From positions 48,112 to 112,111 of IMG/VR virus record IMGVR_UViG_3300037851_000500: 64,000 nucleotides of DNA; one strand, 5' to 3'. Each line of letters begins with the position of its first letter. Position 1 is the stretch's first letter. This document shows, one piece after another, positions 10,739-21,029 of this stretch. The position numbers were made by a program, and so were the translations under genes. The notes below the pieces were generated by a model. It ran no database searches, was not told the DNA's origin, and worked only from the letters and a program-made list of their open reading frames with translations. Source of the stretch: a virus.

Positions 10739-11266
10739 TTAAAAATTTGTAATACGTTCAAATTTAAAACCTTTATGATGTCTGCGATTCCCAGAAACGC
10801 AAGAATAACAATGGGAATAATTTAAATTATGATCTTTTGCAAATTGATTTAAATTTTTTCTAAATATAACCCCACCAATTGGAGTTGTAATTTTAAACCA
10901 ACTAAATTCTTTTTGTTTATTTTTCCACTGATCCCTCATAGGTATAAAAATACAATTATCAAAGCAATAATTTCCATTTACATTTATACGTTCTATAGAA
11001 AGATCCTCAGTTCTGTATTGCCACTTTTTAGCATACAAAAATTTAAAATACATATCTGCTTTAAAACCAACAAAATCATTCCATCTTGAGTCAATTGTAA
11101 TACCCCTACCACCATAATTTTTCCATTTAGGTGAATTTGGGTTAGTACACCTATTTTTCATTGATTTCCAAATCCTATAAAATTTAGTCCCATGTTCCCC
11201 ATGCTTAAAATTTCTTTCAGAAAGATCTGGTCTAATATTGCCGGTATTTCCATGTTTCCTTTTCAT
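10739..11266 (-). CDS. HNH-type homing endonuclease
   Basis: YRIWKSMKNRCTNPN..YGGRGI..W..F..DM..SIERINVNGNYCFDNC; C-terminal NUMOD/HTH-like segment ending HHKGFKF. Confidence 0.85.
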   Translation of the reverse strand: MKRKHGNTGNIRPDLSERNFKHGEHGTKFYRIWKSMKNRCTNPNSPKWKNYGGRGITIDSRWNDFVGFKADMYFKFLYAKKWQYRTEDLSIERINVNGNYCFDNCIFIPMRDQWKNKQKEFSWFKITTPIGGVIFRKNLNQFAKDHNLNYSHCYSCVSGNRRHHKGFKFERITNF

Positions 11267-11309
11267 AATTCCTCCTATGATTTCAATAAGTTACAATATC
11301 ATGGGAAGA

Positions 11310-11338
11310 ATTATAACATAGTTCATTGTCCATGTCAA
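11310..11338 (-). promoter_or_regulatory. Consensus sigma70 promoter of the HNH gene
   Basis: Minus strand TTGACA-N17-TATAAT (tgtcaa 11333-11338; attata 11310-11315). Confidence 0.8.
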
Positions 11339-11352
11339 GTGATTGAAATTGT

Positions 11353-12195
11353 TTATAATAATGGTGCTTTAGGTGTATGCGGGAACCCACCGTAATTAAC
11401 ATAATTATTAAATACATCAATACATGCTGTTGGATTTCTAGCACACATTTTTACAACTTTAAGGGATGTACCAATAGGAATAGTAAATCCAAAAGGAACT
11501 CTAAGAGTAACAGAAGAAGTATCATTAGCAAGAATTGGTCTATATAAATCTATATAAGTACCACTTGTTATTTTTACATACCCAGGAACAAAATAATTTG
11601 CAACCTGACCATGACTACACGCTAAAACAGCCCCATTTGATTCAGAATCCAAAGTTGTATTTACTGTATAATCATTTATATCTAGTGTACAAAGATCATC
11701 GCAAAATGACCAATTACACCCGACTTGAAAAATTCTATTTGGAAATTCTCTTTCAAAAATACTAAATGGGCGCATTTGAAAAGTAATCCAATGCTCATCT
11801 CCTTTTGGTTCATCCAAATACCCCTCAAATAAATCCATATACCCTAAAGCAGTTGTACTTTTAGGATTAACAAATATCAAACTAACTGTACATCTTCTAT
11901 TAGTGTATTTCCCCATCATAACATCATTTTTAAAAGATAAATCCGCATTATCCAAACCAATTTCTAATTCATTTAAAATAGTACCTTCTTCACTCTTAAT
12001 TGTAGATCGTTTAATAGCTAAAGCTGTAAATGTTTTATTTATTAATCTCTGATAAGGATTAACTACAATATTTTTATTATTTGCCACATAACAATAATCA
12101 TATGAGGTTGATAAAGAAAAAGCGTAACCTGTTAACAGTGTGATCCCAGGTTTAAAAAGGTATTTAACATAATTAACATCAATATCTTTGGGCAT
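11353..12195 (-). CDS. Baseplate hub / tail-tip protein (DUF2163/BR0599, lambda gpL-like)
   Basis: Cys pattern GCNWSFCDDLC...CARNPTAC..FNNYVNYGGFPH. Confidence 0.85.
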   Translation of the reverse strand: MPKDIDVNYVKYLFKPGITLLTGYAFSLSTSYDYCYVANNKNIVVNPYQRLINKTFTALAIKRSTIKSEEGTILNELEIGLDNADLSFKNDVMMGKYTNRRCTVSLIFVNPKSTTALGYMDLFEGYLDEPKGDEHWITFQMRPFSIFEREFPNRIFQVGCNWSFCDDLCTLDINDYTVNTTLDSESNGAVLACSHGQVANYFVPGYVKITSGTYIDLYRPILANDTSSVTLRVPFGFTIPIGTSLKVVKMCARNPTACIDVFNNYVNYGGFPHTPKAPLL

Positions 12196-12554
12196 TAAAT
12201 AATCTCCTCAACAAAAACAATATTAAAATGCCAAATGTTACCCATTCCCTCTGGATTTTCATATGTAAATTCTTTATACCTAACATAATAAGTGATGGGT
12301 GTGCCCCCAGAAAAAAAATTAGGAGTAACAATCCAATTAAAAGGAATATTAAAACCATTTTGTCCATCATAATGTGCAAGGATTAAATCTTTTTCAGTAT
12401 TTGTTTGCCCCCTAATTTCAATTGTCCACGTTCTTCGTGGATGAGTGGATTTCAAACGCGATTTAACCTTCCACCCCTCCATAGGAGTAGAAAGGACATT
12501 ATATTCTGGTTTGCCAGGGGTGCATCTATGAATCTCGAATGTAAAATCCGCCAT
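12195..12554 (-). CDS. Distal tail protein (Dit / gpM-like)
   Basis: 119 aa directly after the tape measure gene; RRTWTI..HYDGQNG...PFNW pattern. Confidence 0.7.
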   Translation of the reverse strand: MADFTFEIHRCTPGKPEYNVLSTPMEGWKVKSRLKSTHPRRTWTIEIRGQTNTEKDLILAHYDGQNGFNIPFNWIVTPNFFSGGTPITYYVRYKEFTYENPEGMGNIWHFNIVFVEEII

Positions 12555-12569
12555 TATATATTATTCCTT

Positions 12570-15500
12570 TTAATAATTTCTCATAGCATCTCTAATTCTA
12601 CGATTACTACGAATCATTCTAACAATATTTCCTTCTAATACAGCAGTATTCTTCATCAAAAAGTCAACACCAGATTGAGTATCAATAGCACTTAAATTAA
12701 TAGGCATATGAACTGTAAACTTATTTCCGCTATCACTTGTTTTAATCATCTTAGATAATTTATCTACTGGGGACACTATTTCATTTTGACCATAAGGAGT
12801 TTTTTCACCAAAAGTATATGCTTGTCCAGATTTTAATCCTCTACCAATAATTGGTTCTGAAATAGTTCCACCCTCTGCCATAGCAATATAACGCTCAGAA
12901 CCAGAAGCAGCAGCCATACCAGAACCACCGGAGGCCATACCAGAACCACCGGAGGCCATACCAGAACCACCGGAGGCCATTCCGCTTTCACCGCCACTAA
13001 ATAAACCACCAATCATATCAAAAATACTACCAAGCATACCTCCGCTTTTACCAGCAGCTTGAGCATATTGTCCAGACGCAAGTAATGTAGCAATTTCTCC
13101 CAATTTAGAAAGAAATGAAGAAGTACCAGCATTTACCGCTTCTTTAGTTGCATTTACTGCATCCGTAGTTTTCTGAGCCTGATCAACTGCCCCCTGAGTA
13201 GCTTCTTTTACTGCTTGTTGCACACCTTCTGGTTTACCAACTATAAAAACACCAATTGGTCTGGTGCCTTCTAAAACCTGCTTCATTAAAACTTGATTCT
13301 GTTGCTGCAATGCTTCCATAGCTTTATTCATAGATGTAGCGGCAGGAGTCCCACCTTTACCAAATGCTTTTTGTAAAAATGTGGGAGATCCAGGCTCACC
13401 AGATCCAAGAAAATCCATTAAAGGTTCCGTTATAGTTTTCTTAATGGTTGCTCTAAGAACATCCCTTTGGACAGTATTCATTAAATCTGTAAGTGCTTCT
13501 TTAGCTGTTTTAGTTTGGTCAACAAAATCTGCCATAGCATCTGTCATGCTATCTGCCCATGATTTGGACATATCTATCATTTCAGCCCAAAGAGGATGCA
13601 ACTCTCTCCAAACAAGTCTTTCAGTTTCCAGGCGCATTATTTCAAGCTGGTCTACATAATTCTTTTTCATTTGTTCAAAAAATGGTCTAGAATCATCTTT
13701 TATATTTTCTAATTGTGTTTCAATTTCTTTAATTTTAAGAATTATATCAACGGTGTCTTTATTAAATTGTGCCGTAGCAGAATTTAATCTAGCCTGTCTT
13801 TGAATTAATGGTGAATATGCCCCCTCCCAGTATTTCATTGTTCTTATAACCAAATCAGCTTGATCACTATAATTTTTTTGCATTAAATTTAGTGTAGTTA
13901 ACTCCATGCGTGTTTTCCGCATAGCTGCTACCATTAAATTCCACTTTTCTGCTACTTTATTAGTATGATCATCCAATTCTTCAAATTGAGATAACATTTT
14001 ATCAATATCATTATAAAGTTTTTGAGCGTCCAATTCAATTTCAGCAAATGGAGATTTAAACGCTGCCCCCATTATTTTTTCTTTTAAATCTTTTTGTGCA
14101 TCGGTATACTCTTTTTGTATTTTAATTACTCTATTATAAATACCCTCTGTATAAGCAATTTCAGCATCAGAATTATCATAAAAACCACCCCTCCTTTTAC
14201 TATTTTCAATCTGTAATCTTTTGATAGTTTCTTCCGTTAGTAAAATCCATTTTTGCAGCTTTTGCCATTCATTAGTTGGTGCATCATAAGTGTTTATAAG
14301 AAAATCATTCCATTCTTTTTTCAATCGGGATATACGATTTTCTTCTCTTAAAGAGTAATCATTACTTTTTTTGTCCCGTTCCGCATTATATGCAAAAATT
14401 AAAGAATTAGTATGATCCAGAGCATCTTTAAATGTATTATATTGATGTTCATATCGTGCATATTGACTTTCATCGTATGCTGTTTCACCAGCTTTTACAC
14501 TAGCAAAGTATTTTTCATACGCTGCCAACTGCTCTTGTAACTGTTTTTTCTTTAATTGCGCTTCTTCTGTTTGGAGTCTATGTTCTTCTGCAAATTTTGC
14601 ATAACCTTCCAAAGAAGCTGTTTTTGCTTGTTGTAACTGTTTTTTAGTTGAAAGTGCATACTCCAACAAAGCAATGCTATCATGTGGCAATTTAAACATC
14701 GGCCCAAGATCTACTTGTTTTCTACCAGCTTCAGAAAGTTTTTCAGTTATTCCGTTAATTATATCTTGAATAGATTTTAATCGTTCTTCAGCAGATTTAC
14801 TACCATCCCTAAAATTTTGCATAGCTTTAGCTAATTTTTTATCCAACTTATCTGCTTCTTTATTAGTAGCAGAAATATCATCTGTAAAACCATGCATAAT
14901 ATCTACTGCATTAGCTGCATTAGTATCATATTTATCAACCCAAGCAGACATAACATCTAAAGATGCGGCTACAAAAGCAGTTATATTTTCAATAGCTACA
15001 AAAACACGCATAATAGCATATGAAAGATTCAAAATACCTTTTAATGAGGTGCTCATATTCTCAAGTTGTAAATTACTACCACCAAATAAATCAGAAAAAC
15101 CACCAATTATATTACCAATATTAGATAATGTATTAAATAAAGATTCAGCAACAATACCAATAGTTGATATTGTGGCACCAAATCCAGCAGCAATTTCTTT
15201 ACCAAAATTTGTTAATTCCCCCTTAACATTAATTAACTTATCAGTAAAATCCATTAATTTTTTAGAAAATATGTTTGTAAATTCCTCTGCACCCACCCGT
15301 TTAATAATTTTCCAAACTTCAGTTATTCTATTTTTAGCATGTAACCATGAACCTTCTAATTTTTTATTCATTTCATCAAATGGCATAAGAGCATCAGACA
15401 AAACCACCAGTAAGTCCTTACCTTCTTTTTTTGCGTCTTCTAATACTTTCTTTAAATTAACCCCCATAAATTTAAACATCATAGCCAACTGATCAGAAGC

Positions 15501-18104
15501 CCGCTGTCTGCCCAAAATAACAGCATTTAATTCTTGTCGCATTTGAGTACCGGCATTAGCCATACCCTCAGTTACAGCCCTAACTGCTGTTCCAATAGCA
15601 GCTATTTTTCTAACATCCTCTTTAGTCTCAGGTACAATTCCTGCTTGAACAAAAGTTTTTGTCAGCATCGTAAGATCTTCAAGAGAAAGCACAGTTTCAG
15701 TAGCTACCAACTGCAATCTATCCATCAACCCACGACTATAATCATAAGCGTGTTGAAAATTATCCTTTACGTTCCCAAACATACGCATTGAAAGAACGGT
15801 AGCTAAAGACATAGCATCTTTTTGAAATTGCCCGATTTCATCCATTGTTTTTGTAAAAAATCCAGCAACCCTACCAATAATATTCTGCAAGATGTAATAA
15901 ACAGCAGCATATTGCCATCTAAAATTACGAATCATATCCATTGATGATTTTAAAAATGATTTTGACATAGTATTATTTATTGCCTGCATGGATCTAGATG
16001 CTTGGCTGTTTATTCTATTAAATTCAGAATGAGCATAACTAAATTGTTTTTTCATTTCTTCTAATTTAGCAATGTCCTTCCCAACTGCTTCTGAATTTAT
16101 AAGCCCAGATTTTTGAATAGCTTTGAGTTTTACAATCTGAGCTTCAATATTTTTCATCTCAGTAATATATGCCTTTGCCCCCATTTTTAAATCACTATAT
16201 AATTTTTCTGCTTGCTTAGTATACAAATCTTTAAATAAATGTGTATTACCTATTTTTTCTTGATATTTTTGTAACTGTATTAAATCGTTTTTAAGTTTTT
16301 CTATTCCTTTATTTAACCAATCTTCAGGATTCATGCTCTTTCTAATATCATCCACTACTTGTTGTGCCTGAGTCGCTAATTTAGAACGATCTATTTTAAT
16401 ATCTTTAACAGTAATAGTATATGATTCCATTAATCCACGTAAACCTTTAGCCCTTTTTTCTAAAAATAAAGCTAATTTATTATAATCAGATTTTATTCTT
16501 TCATTAGCTACTTCTTCAGCAAGAACTCTGGATATAGCTGCATTTCTTTCAATTTCTTCTATTTGTTTAGTTAATTGGACTCTTTTCTGAGCATAAGAAG
16601 TATGTAATGTTCCTAATTTATTAATAATTGAATTAATTAATAAAAAATTATTTTCAGAAACAGAACCCAAAGAAGCCATTTTATCTTTAGCTTCTTTAAT
16701 ACTATTAACAATATTTCTAAATGCAGAAGTATCGGGTTTCTCTACTATTTTAGAAATATTTAATTTAGAAAAATCCCTCTGCATTTCCTTAAAAGTTGTT
16801 TGATACTGCTTTATAGAATTTAAACTTTCTGCTATTTTTAAACGCATAGTATCTACAGCAGCAGTATCAATTCCAGGTTTACCTCTAATAACCTTTAAAG
16901 TAGAATCCCAATTTTTAAGACTTGTGATTATTTCACCAATTTGATTTTGATAAGATCTCCCATGCTGAATTAATTTTTGATATGTTTCCGTATCCCCCCG
17001 CCTAATACTATTAATTTGTTCAGCAAAATTTTTAAAAGACCCCTGAAAAACATTTTCTAATTTACCACCAATTGGGGAAATAGCTTCTTTTAAAGATTTT
17101 TGAGTAGATTGTCCTAAAGATTTAGCATCTACTGATGCTTTATAAAGAATATCCTTTAAAACCATTGCCTGCTTTCCAGTAGCTTCAAAAGCAGTCATTA
17201 CTCTAACTTGTTCATTTTTAATATTTTCTAAATATTTTTTAGCTACTTCAATATCCTCTTTACGAACACGCATAAGAGATTCTTCAGCAGTTTTTCTCAA
17301 ACTTGCTAAATCATCCAATCGTGCCCTTTGTTCCTTTTGAGCAGAAACAACATTTTTATATTCGGCACCAGTAGATTTCAAAAAATCCGATTGCCTTAAA
17401 ATCTTTCCTGAATCTGAAGACAACCCCAAAGTATTTTTTAATTGGGTATATTGCTTAGAAACATCAGCAACAGTTCTTGTAACACTGGTAAGAACACTAT
17501 TAGCTGTATTAGCTATAGTAGATGAAACTTTTGAATGGACTTTAGTTGCTTCTAAATAAAGTGGTTCAAATGCATTACTTTTAATTTCACCAATAAGTCT
17601 GCTATAGTCATTTTTTGCTGTTTCTATTTGTTTTGTAGCTTTAGTATCTATTGCTGCAATTATTCCAGGTAATAAATTTTCAGATTTAGTCCCTGAATAT
17701 TTAGATATTAACCCCTCTTTTTGAGAAGTAGTTTTAGATTGAATTTGAGAAATCTTACGGGAATAACTATCAAGTAATAAGGAACTTTTTCGTTCGATAT
17801 TACTTAATGCTACATCCTGCATTTTAATAAAATCTTGATTTAACTTTTGCAGTTCCCCTAATTCACGGCGGGATGCTCCAATAAGAACACGAATTTCCCC
17901 AACAGTATTTTTGGTCATATTGCCAAATTCTGATAGGAATTGCTTCTGAAAATTTCCATAAGAACTTGCAGCAGATTTGGAAATATCAGCTACTTGATCC
18001 TTAAATTGGTTCATCTTCCGAATAGTATTTCTTAATTCAGAATCCCAATTAGTTTTAAGATCAAGAACTATTTCTTCTACAATCTTATCGGAGTCATCTG
18101 CCAT
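12570..18104 (-). CDS. Tail tape measure protein
   Basis: 1844 aa helical protein; C-terminal MAEGG..FGEK..EIVSP motif; follows the tail chaperones. Confidence 0.9.
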   Translation of the reverse strand: MADDSDKIVEEIVLDLKTNWDSELRNTIRKMNQFKDQVADISKSAASSYGNFQKQFLSEFGNMTKNTVGEIRVLIGASRRELGELQKLNQDFIKMQDVALSNIERKSSLLLDSYSRKISQIQSKTTSQKEGLISKYSGTKSENLLPGIIAAIDTKATKQIETAKNDYSRLIGEIKSNAFEPLYLEATKVHSKVSSTIANTANSVLTSVTRTVADVSKQYTQLKNTLGLSSDSGKILRQSDFLKSTGAEYKNVVSAQKEQRARLDDLASLRKTAEESLMRVRKEDIEVAKKYLENIKNEQVRVMTAFEATGKQAMVLKDILYKASVDAKSLGQSTQKSLKEAISPIGGKLENVFQGSFKNFAEQINSIRRGDTETYQKLIQHGRSYQNQIGEIITSLKNWDSTLKVIRGKPGIDTAAVDTMRLKIAESLNSIKQYQTTFKEMQRDFSKLNISKIVEKPDTSAFRNIVNSIKEAKDKMASLGSVSENNFLLINSIINKLGTLHTSYAQKRVQLTKQIEEIERNAAISRVLAEEVANERIKSDYNKLALFLEKRAKGLRGLMESYTITVKDIKIDRSKLATQAQQVVDDIRKSMNPEDWLNKGIEKLKNDLIQLQKYQEKIGNTHLFKDLYTKQAEKLYSDLKMGAKAYITEMKNIEAQIVKLKAIQKSGLINSEAVGKDIAKLEEMKKQFSYAHSEFNRINSQASRSMQAINNTMSKSFLKSSMDMIRNFRWQYAAVYYILQNIIGRVAGFFTKTMDEIGQFQKDAMSLATVLSMRMFGNVKDNFQHAYDYSRGLMDRLQLVATETVLSLEDLTMLTKTFVQAGIVPETKEDVRKIAAIGTAVRAVTEGMANAGTQMRQELNAVILGRQRASDQLAMMFKFMGVNLKKVLEDAKKEGKDLLVVLSDALMPFDEMNKKLEGSWLHAKNRITEVWKIIKRVGAEEFTNIFSKKLMDFTDKLINVKGELTNFGKEIAAGFGATISTIGIVAESLFNTLSNIGNIIGGFSDLFGGSNLQLENMSTSLKGILNLSYAIMRVFVAIENITAFVAASLDVMSAWVDKYDTNAANAVDIMHGFTDDISATNKEADKLDKKLAKAMQNFRDGSKSAEERLKSIQDIINGITEKLSEAGRKQVDLGPMFKLPHDSIALLEYALSTKKQLQQAKTASLEGYAKFAEEHRLQTEEAQLKKKQLQEQLAAYEKYFASVKAGETAYDESQYARYEHQYNTFKDALDHTNSLIFAYNAERDKKSNDYSLREENRISRLKKEWNDFLINTYDAPTNEWQKLQKWILLTEETIKRLQIENSKRRGGFYDNSDAEIAYTEGIYNRVIKIQKEYTDAQKDLKEKIMGAAFKSPFAEIELDAQKLYNDIDKMLSQFEELDDHTNKVAEKWNLMVAAMRKTRMELTTLNLMQKNYSDQADLVIRTMKYWEGAYSPLIQRQARLNSATAQFNKDTVDIILKIKEIETQLENIKDDSRPFFEQMKKNYVDQLEIMRLETERLVWRELHPLWAEMIDMSKSWADSMTDAMADFVDQTKTAKEALTDLMNTVQRDVLRATIKKTITEPLMDFLGSGEPGSPTFLQKAFGKGGTPAATSMNKAMEALQQQNQVLMKQVLEGTRPIGVFIVGKPEGVQQAVKEATQGAVDQAQKTTDAVNATKEAVNAGTSSFLSKLGEIATLLASGQYAQAAGKSGGMLGSIFDMIGGLFSGGESGMASGGSGMASGGSGMASGGSGMAAASGSERYIAMAEGGTISEPIIGRGLKSGQAYTFGEKTPYGQNEIVSPVDKLSKMIKTSDSGNKFTVHMPINLSAIDTQSGVDFLMKNTAVLEGNIVRMIRSNRRIRDAMRNY
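12913..12980. repeat. Perfect 21-bp tandem repeat x3 in tape measure gene (SGGSGMA)
   Basis: gccataccagaaccaccggag repeated three times plus a partial unit. Confidence 0.95.
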
Positions 18105-18108
18105 TATA

Positions 18109-18381
18109 TTACCTCATCCACTTCTTTTTGGCACGATCAATAGAACTTTTATCAGATTTCCAAGATATATTAGACTTGTCCCTTTTTACTAATTCTTTTA
18201 TAGACATTTCTATTTGTGTTATTGCCTTTTTAGGATCTGAAAATGACATAGACGTATCATGTATATAAACAATTCTATTTTCAAAAGTTACTAAATCTAT
18301 GGCTTTTCTTAATGCCATATACTGCTTTACAGGCATTTGAAGCAATTCCTTTAAAGAAATTGCTCCTTTTAAAGCTATCAT
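18109..18381 (-). CDS. Tail assembly chaperone, frameshift extension (gpT-like)
   Basis: Lies in the -1 frame of the upstream chaperone; that frame is open from the slippery site to this ATG. Confidence 0.7.
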   Translation of the reverse strand: MIALKGAISLKELLQMPVKQYMALRKAIDLVTFENRIVYIHDTSMSFSDPKKAITQIEMSIKELVKRDKSNISWKSDKSSIDRAKKKWMR

Positions 18382-18398
18382 AATTTGAACATATTCTT

Positions 18399-18815
18399 TT
18401 ACTTCTCTTTGGTAGGGTTTGACTTGCGCTTCTCCCCATCAACATCACTAATAGTTGACATCATCTCTTGAATAAGAGAAACAACCTTATTACAAAGTTT
18501 CCAAGGCCACGCTTCAATATCATTAATTTCTAAATTAGTATAAACCCCTTGAGAAATTTTACGAACACCAGCAACTATAAACTGCTGTTGTGCCCTAAAC
18601 ATTTCTTTCATTTCACTGGATCTAATTATATCTTCTTTATTTTCTTCTTTAATATCTTTACCAACATCTTTAGACGCTGCCACCAATAAATCACTAATTT
18701 CCATCAAAGCGGTCATTTCAGATTTAGTAAAAGATGGAATTTCATAAGTCTCACCTTTATAAGCAAACTGAATTCCCTTACCAAGATCTGTAAAATCCAT
18801 AACATTTGCACTCAT
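18399..18815 (-). CDS. Tail assembly chaperone (gpG-like)
   Basis: Between tail tube and tape measure genes; ends ..SNPTKEK. Confidence 0.75.
   Translation of the reverse strand: MSANVMDFTDLGKGIQFAYKGETYEIPSFTKSEMTALMEISDLLVAASKDVGKDIKEENKEDIIRSSEMKEMFRAQQQFIVAGVRKISQGVYTNLEINDIEAWPWKLCNKVVSLIQEMMSTISDVDGEKRKSNPTKEK
18414..18420 (-). other. -1 ribosomal frameshift slippery heptamer A AAC CCT
   Basis: X XXY YYZ pattern in frame; -1 frame reads AAA CCC TAC CAA AGA GAA GTA AAA GAA TAT GTT CAA ATT ATG into 18109..18381. Confidence 0.7.
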
Positions 18816-18870
18816 TTTGAACCTCCGTTGTTAGTTTGTTTTTATAAAATAACATTTAAAACAAAATTAA

Positions 18871-18923
18871 GGGGCTATTATTTTAGAAATACCTTTATTT
18901 TAGTAAATCCAAATAATAGCCCC
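18871..18923. terminator. Stem-loop downstream of HNH gene
   Basis: ggggctattattt...aaataatagcccc inverted repeat. Confidence 0.45.
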
Positions 18924-18951
18924 TCACCCAAGTTTAAAGTAAAATTTCATT

Positions 18952-19629
18952 TTAATCTTTACAAATTTGAAATTTCCATCCTTTATGATGGTTTGCTTTA
19001 CCATCTAAACACTCATACACATGATTTGGGTTTAATCCATATTTTTTAGAAAATTCATTTACATTTTTTGTAGTAAATTCTTCCCCTTTTGGAGAAACAG
19101 CAATAAATGAGCGTATAGCCCTTGAATTTTTCATTTGATCCTCAAATCTAACAAAAGTACAATTTTCAAAATTATAATTTCCATTAACATCAATTCTTTC
19201 AATACTTGGACTTTTAATTTTCAATTGTTTTTTAGAATAAAGATATTTAAAATACATATCCTTTTTAAATTCTTCAAAATCTTTCCACCTGGGGTCATAC
19301 ACTATTCCTCTACCACCATAATTTTTATAACATTTATTATTTATATTATCACATCGTGCTTTTAAACTCTGCCACATTTTATAAAACTTCATTGTACCTT
19401 TAGAATAATTAGTATTCCAAAAACCATGTTTTACATTTTTTGTACGTTTTCTACTTTCTGCATTTAAACATCCACAACTTTTTGTATGCTCTGATTTTAA
19501 ATGTTGTGTTATTACAATTGATTTATTACCGCATTCACATCTACATAACCACCTTTTATTTCCCATATAAGCTGTAACAATTAATCTTCCGAATCTTTTA
19601 CCATATAAATCCTCAAATTTACCCTGCAT
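18952..19629 (-). CDS. HNH-type homing endonuclease (related to 10739..11266)
   Basis: Start likely ATG 19629 after GGAGG; GKRFGRL..WLCRCECGN..TKSCGC, YGGRGI, SIERIDVNGNY, HHKGWKF. Confidence 0.85.
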   Translation of the reverse strand: MQGKFEDLYGKRFGRLIVTAYMGNKRWLCRCECGNKSIVITQHLKSEHTKSCGCLNAESRKRTKNVKHGFWNTNYSKGTMKFYKMWQSLKARCDNINNKCYKNYGGRGIVYDPRWKDFEEFKKDMYFKYLYSKKQLKIKSPSIERIDVNGNYNFENCTFVRFEDQMKNSRAIRSFIAVSPKGEEFTTKNVNEFSKKYGLNPNHVYECLDGKANHHKGWKFQICKD

Positions 19630-19692
19630 AAAACCTCCGTTCATTAATTAGTTTGTATTAAGAGTAGGTAAGATTTCTCCTACCTACTCTAT

Positions 19693-19721
19693 AATATAGC
19701 ACAAACTAAAATGAACGTCAA
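19693..19721 (-). promoter_or_regulatory. sigma70-like promoter of the HNH gene
   Basis: Minus strand TTGACG-N17-TATATT. Confidence 0.6.
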
Positions 19722-19727
19722 CCAACA

Positions 19728-20240
19728 TTACGGACTGGAATATCCACCTATGCGAAACAACTGATCGCCTGATACTCTAGAATCATCAATAAGAGCAACA
19801 AACTTACAAGCATACACCCGCTGATTATCAGTGGTAAAAGAAATCTCAACTGCACCACCAACATTAGGAGCAGCATTATAAAACTGCCACACCTCAGAAC
19901 CATCAGTAGGCTCAAGAACAAGTTCTGCCGTCTGAATAGGTGTCCCAACCGGCTTACCAAAAGTTAAATAGGTTGTTTCATCAACTGCTGAAGCAAACAA
20001 AATTTTAAGATTAGCAAAAGTTGCTTCAGTCATATTAACTGTGACTTCAACAACAAGACCGGCATCAAGAACCCTAACAGCCGTATCTCCATACTGATCT
20101 GATTTCAATTGATAAGTATTTTGAGTAATAGAAACTTGAACACCACCAAAAGTATGCCCAACATGGACACCATTAAAATAAACATAACAAGGCCCGATAC
20201 TAATATTATCGGAACTAAAAGAAGTAGGATATACAGTCAT
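19728..20240 (-). CDS. Major tail (tube) protein
   Basis: NISIGPCYVYF..VGHTFGGV..DQYG..V..NMTEAT siphovirus tube pattern; synteny. Confidence 0.85.
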   Translation of the reverse strand: MTVYPTSFSSDNISIGPCYVYFNGVHVGHTFGGVQVSITQNTYQLKSDQYGDTAVRVLDAGLVVEVTVNMTEATFANLKILFASAVDETTYLTFGKPVGTPIQTAELVLEPTDGSEVWQFYNAAPNVGGAVEISFTTDNQRVYACKFVALIDDSRVSGDQLFRIGGYSSP

Positions 20241-20251
20241 AATCAGTCCTC

Positions 20252-20539
20252 CTAAATTGTAGTAATTGTCCTACAAAATCTGCAAGTAATGTGTACTTTT
20301 TCTTGTTGGCGATAACGTCTATCATGGTATCCAATAACTTGACCACAAATATCTCCAGGATTTTTCCACAATGGACGACCACATCTATTACAATATCCTT
20401 CCCTTATTACTTCTTTATTATTAATTAAGTTTTCACAAAACTCGCAAGTTTTAATTTTACCCTGGCAAACCACGCGAACCATTGAATAGTTAAATTTCTT
20501 CTTTTCATCAGTTTCCATTAGCACCAACTTTCTACGCAA
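20252..20539 (-). CDS. Small zinc-ribbon protein
   Basis: CEFC, CNRC and CRFC motifs. Confidence 0.5.
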   Translation of the reverse strand: MRRKLVLMETDEKKKFNYSMVRVVCQGKIKTCEFCENLINNKEVIREGYCNRCGRPLWKNPGDICGQVIGYHDRRYRQQEKVHITCRFCRTITTI

Positions 20540-21029
20540 TTAATATAGCATCTAAAGAAGAAATTTGCTGTCTAACCCCAAGACGAATAAATACATTTGA
20601 TAAGCGGAAAGAAAAATTTCTTGTATGAATGGGCTGAGTAGGCGCACCCTCATTCAAACCGTCATTAACTGATAACAAATTAATTGTTTTAACAGAAACA
20701 TCATTAGTTTCAATAGATTCTTGATCCAAAAAATTCTGACCAATTAAGATTTCGGTTGCTGTGCCGAGTTTAAATTGGTCTATAGAAATTAATCTAAAAA
20801 ACAATTGCATATCAGGAATTTGAAATGGATATGACCATCTTCCAGGTCTTCCAGTAACAGAAGTTCTATAAATAACTGCCACATCAATAGAACCAGGAGT
20901 AAATACAATATCCCCGGCAGGGGACCAAGCATATATGCGCGGGTCAGCAATTGTTCCACCAGAAACAGATAACCAACTGCTGTTTGCCTTAAATAAATCA
21001 ACTATAGCTTTTTCCAGAGATAAAAACAT
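20532..21029 (-). CDS. Tail terminator / completion protein
   Basis: Size and synteny upstream of the tail tube gene. Confidence 0.6.
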   Translation of the reverse strand: MFLSLEKAIVDLFKANSSWLSVSGGTIADPRIYAWSPAGDIVFTPGSIDVAVIYRTSVTGRPGRWSYPFQIPDMQLFFRLISIDQFKLGTATEILIGQNFLDQESIETNDVSVKTINLLSVNDGLNEGAPTQPIHTRNFSFRLSNVFIRLGVRQQISSLDAILIA

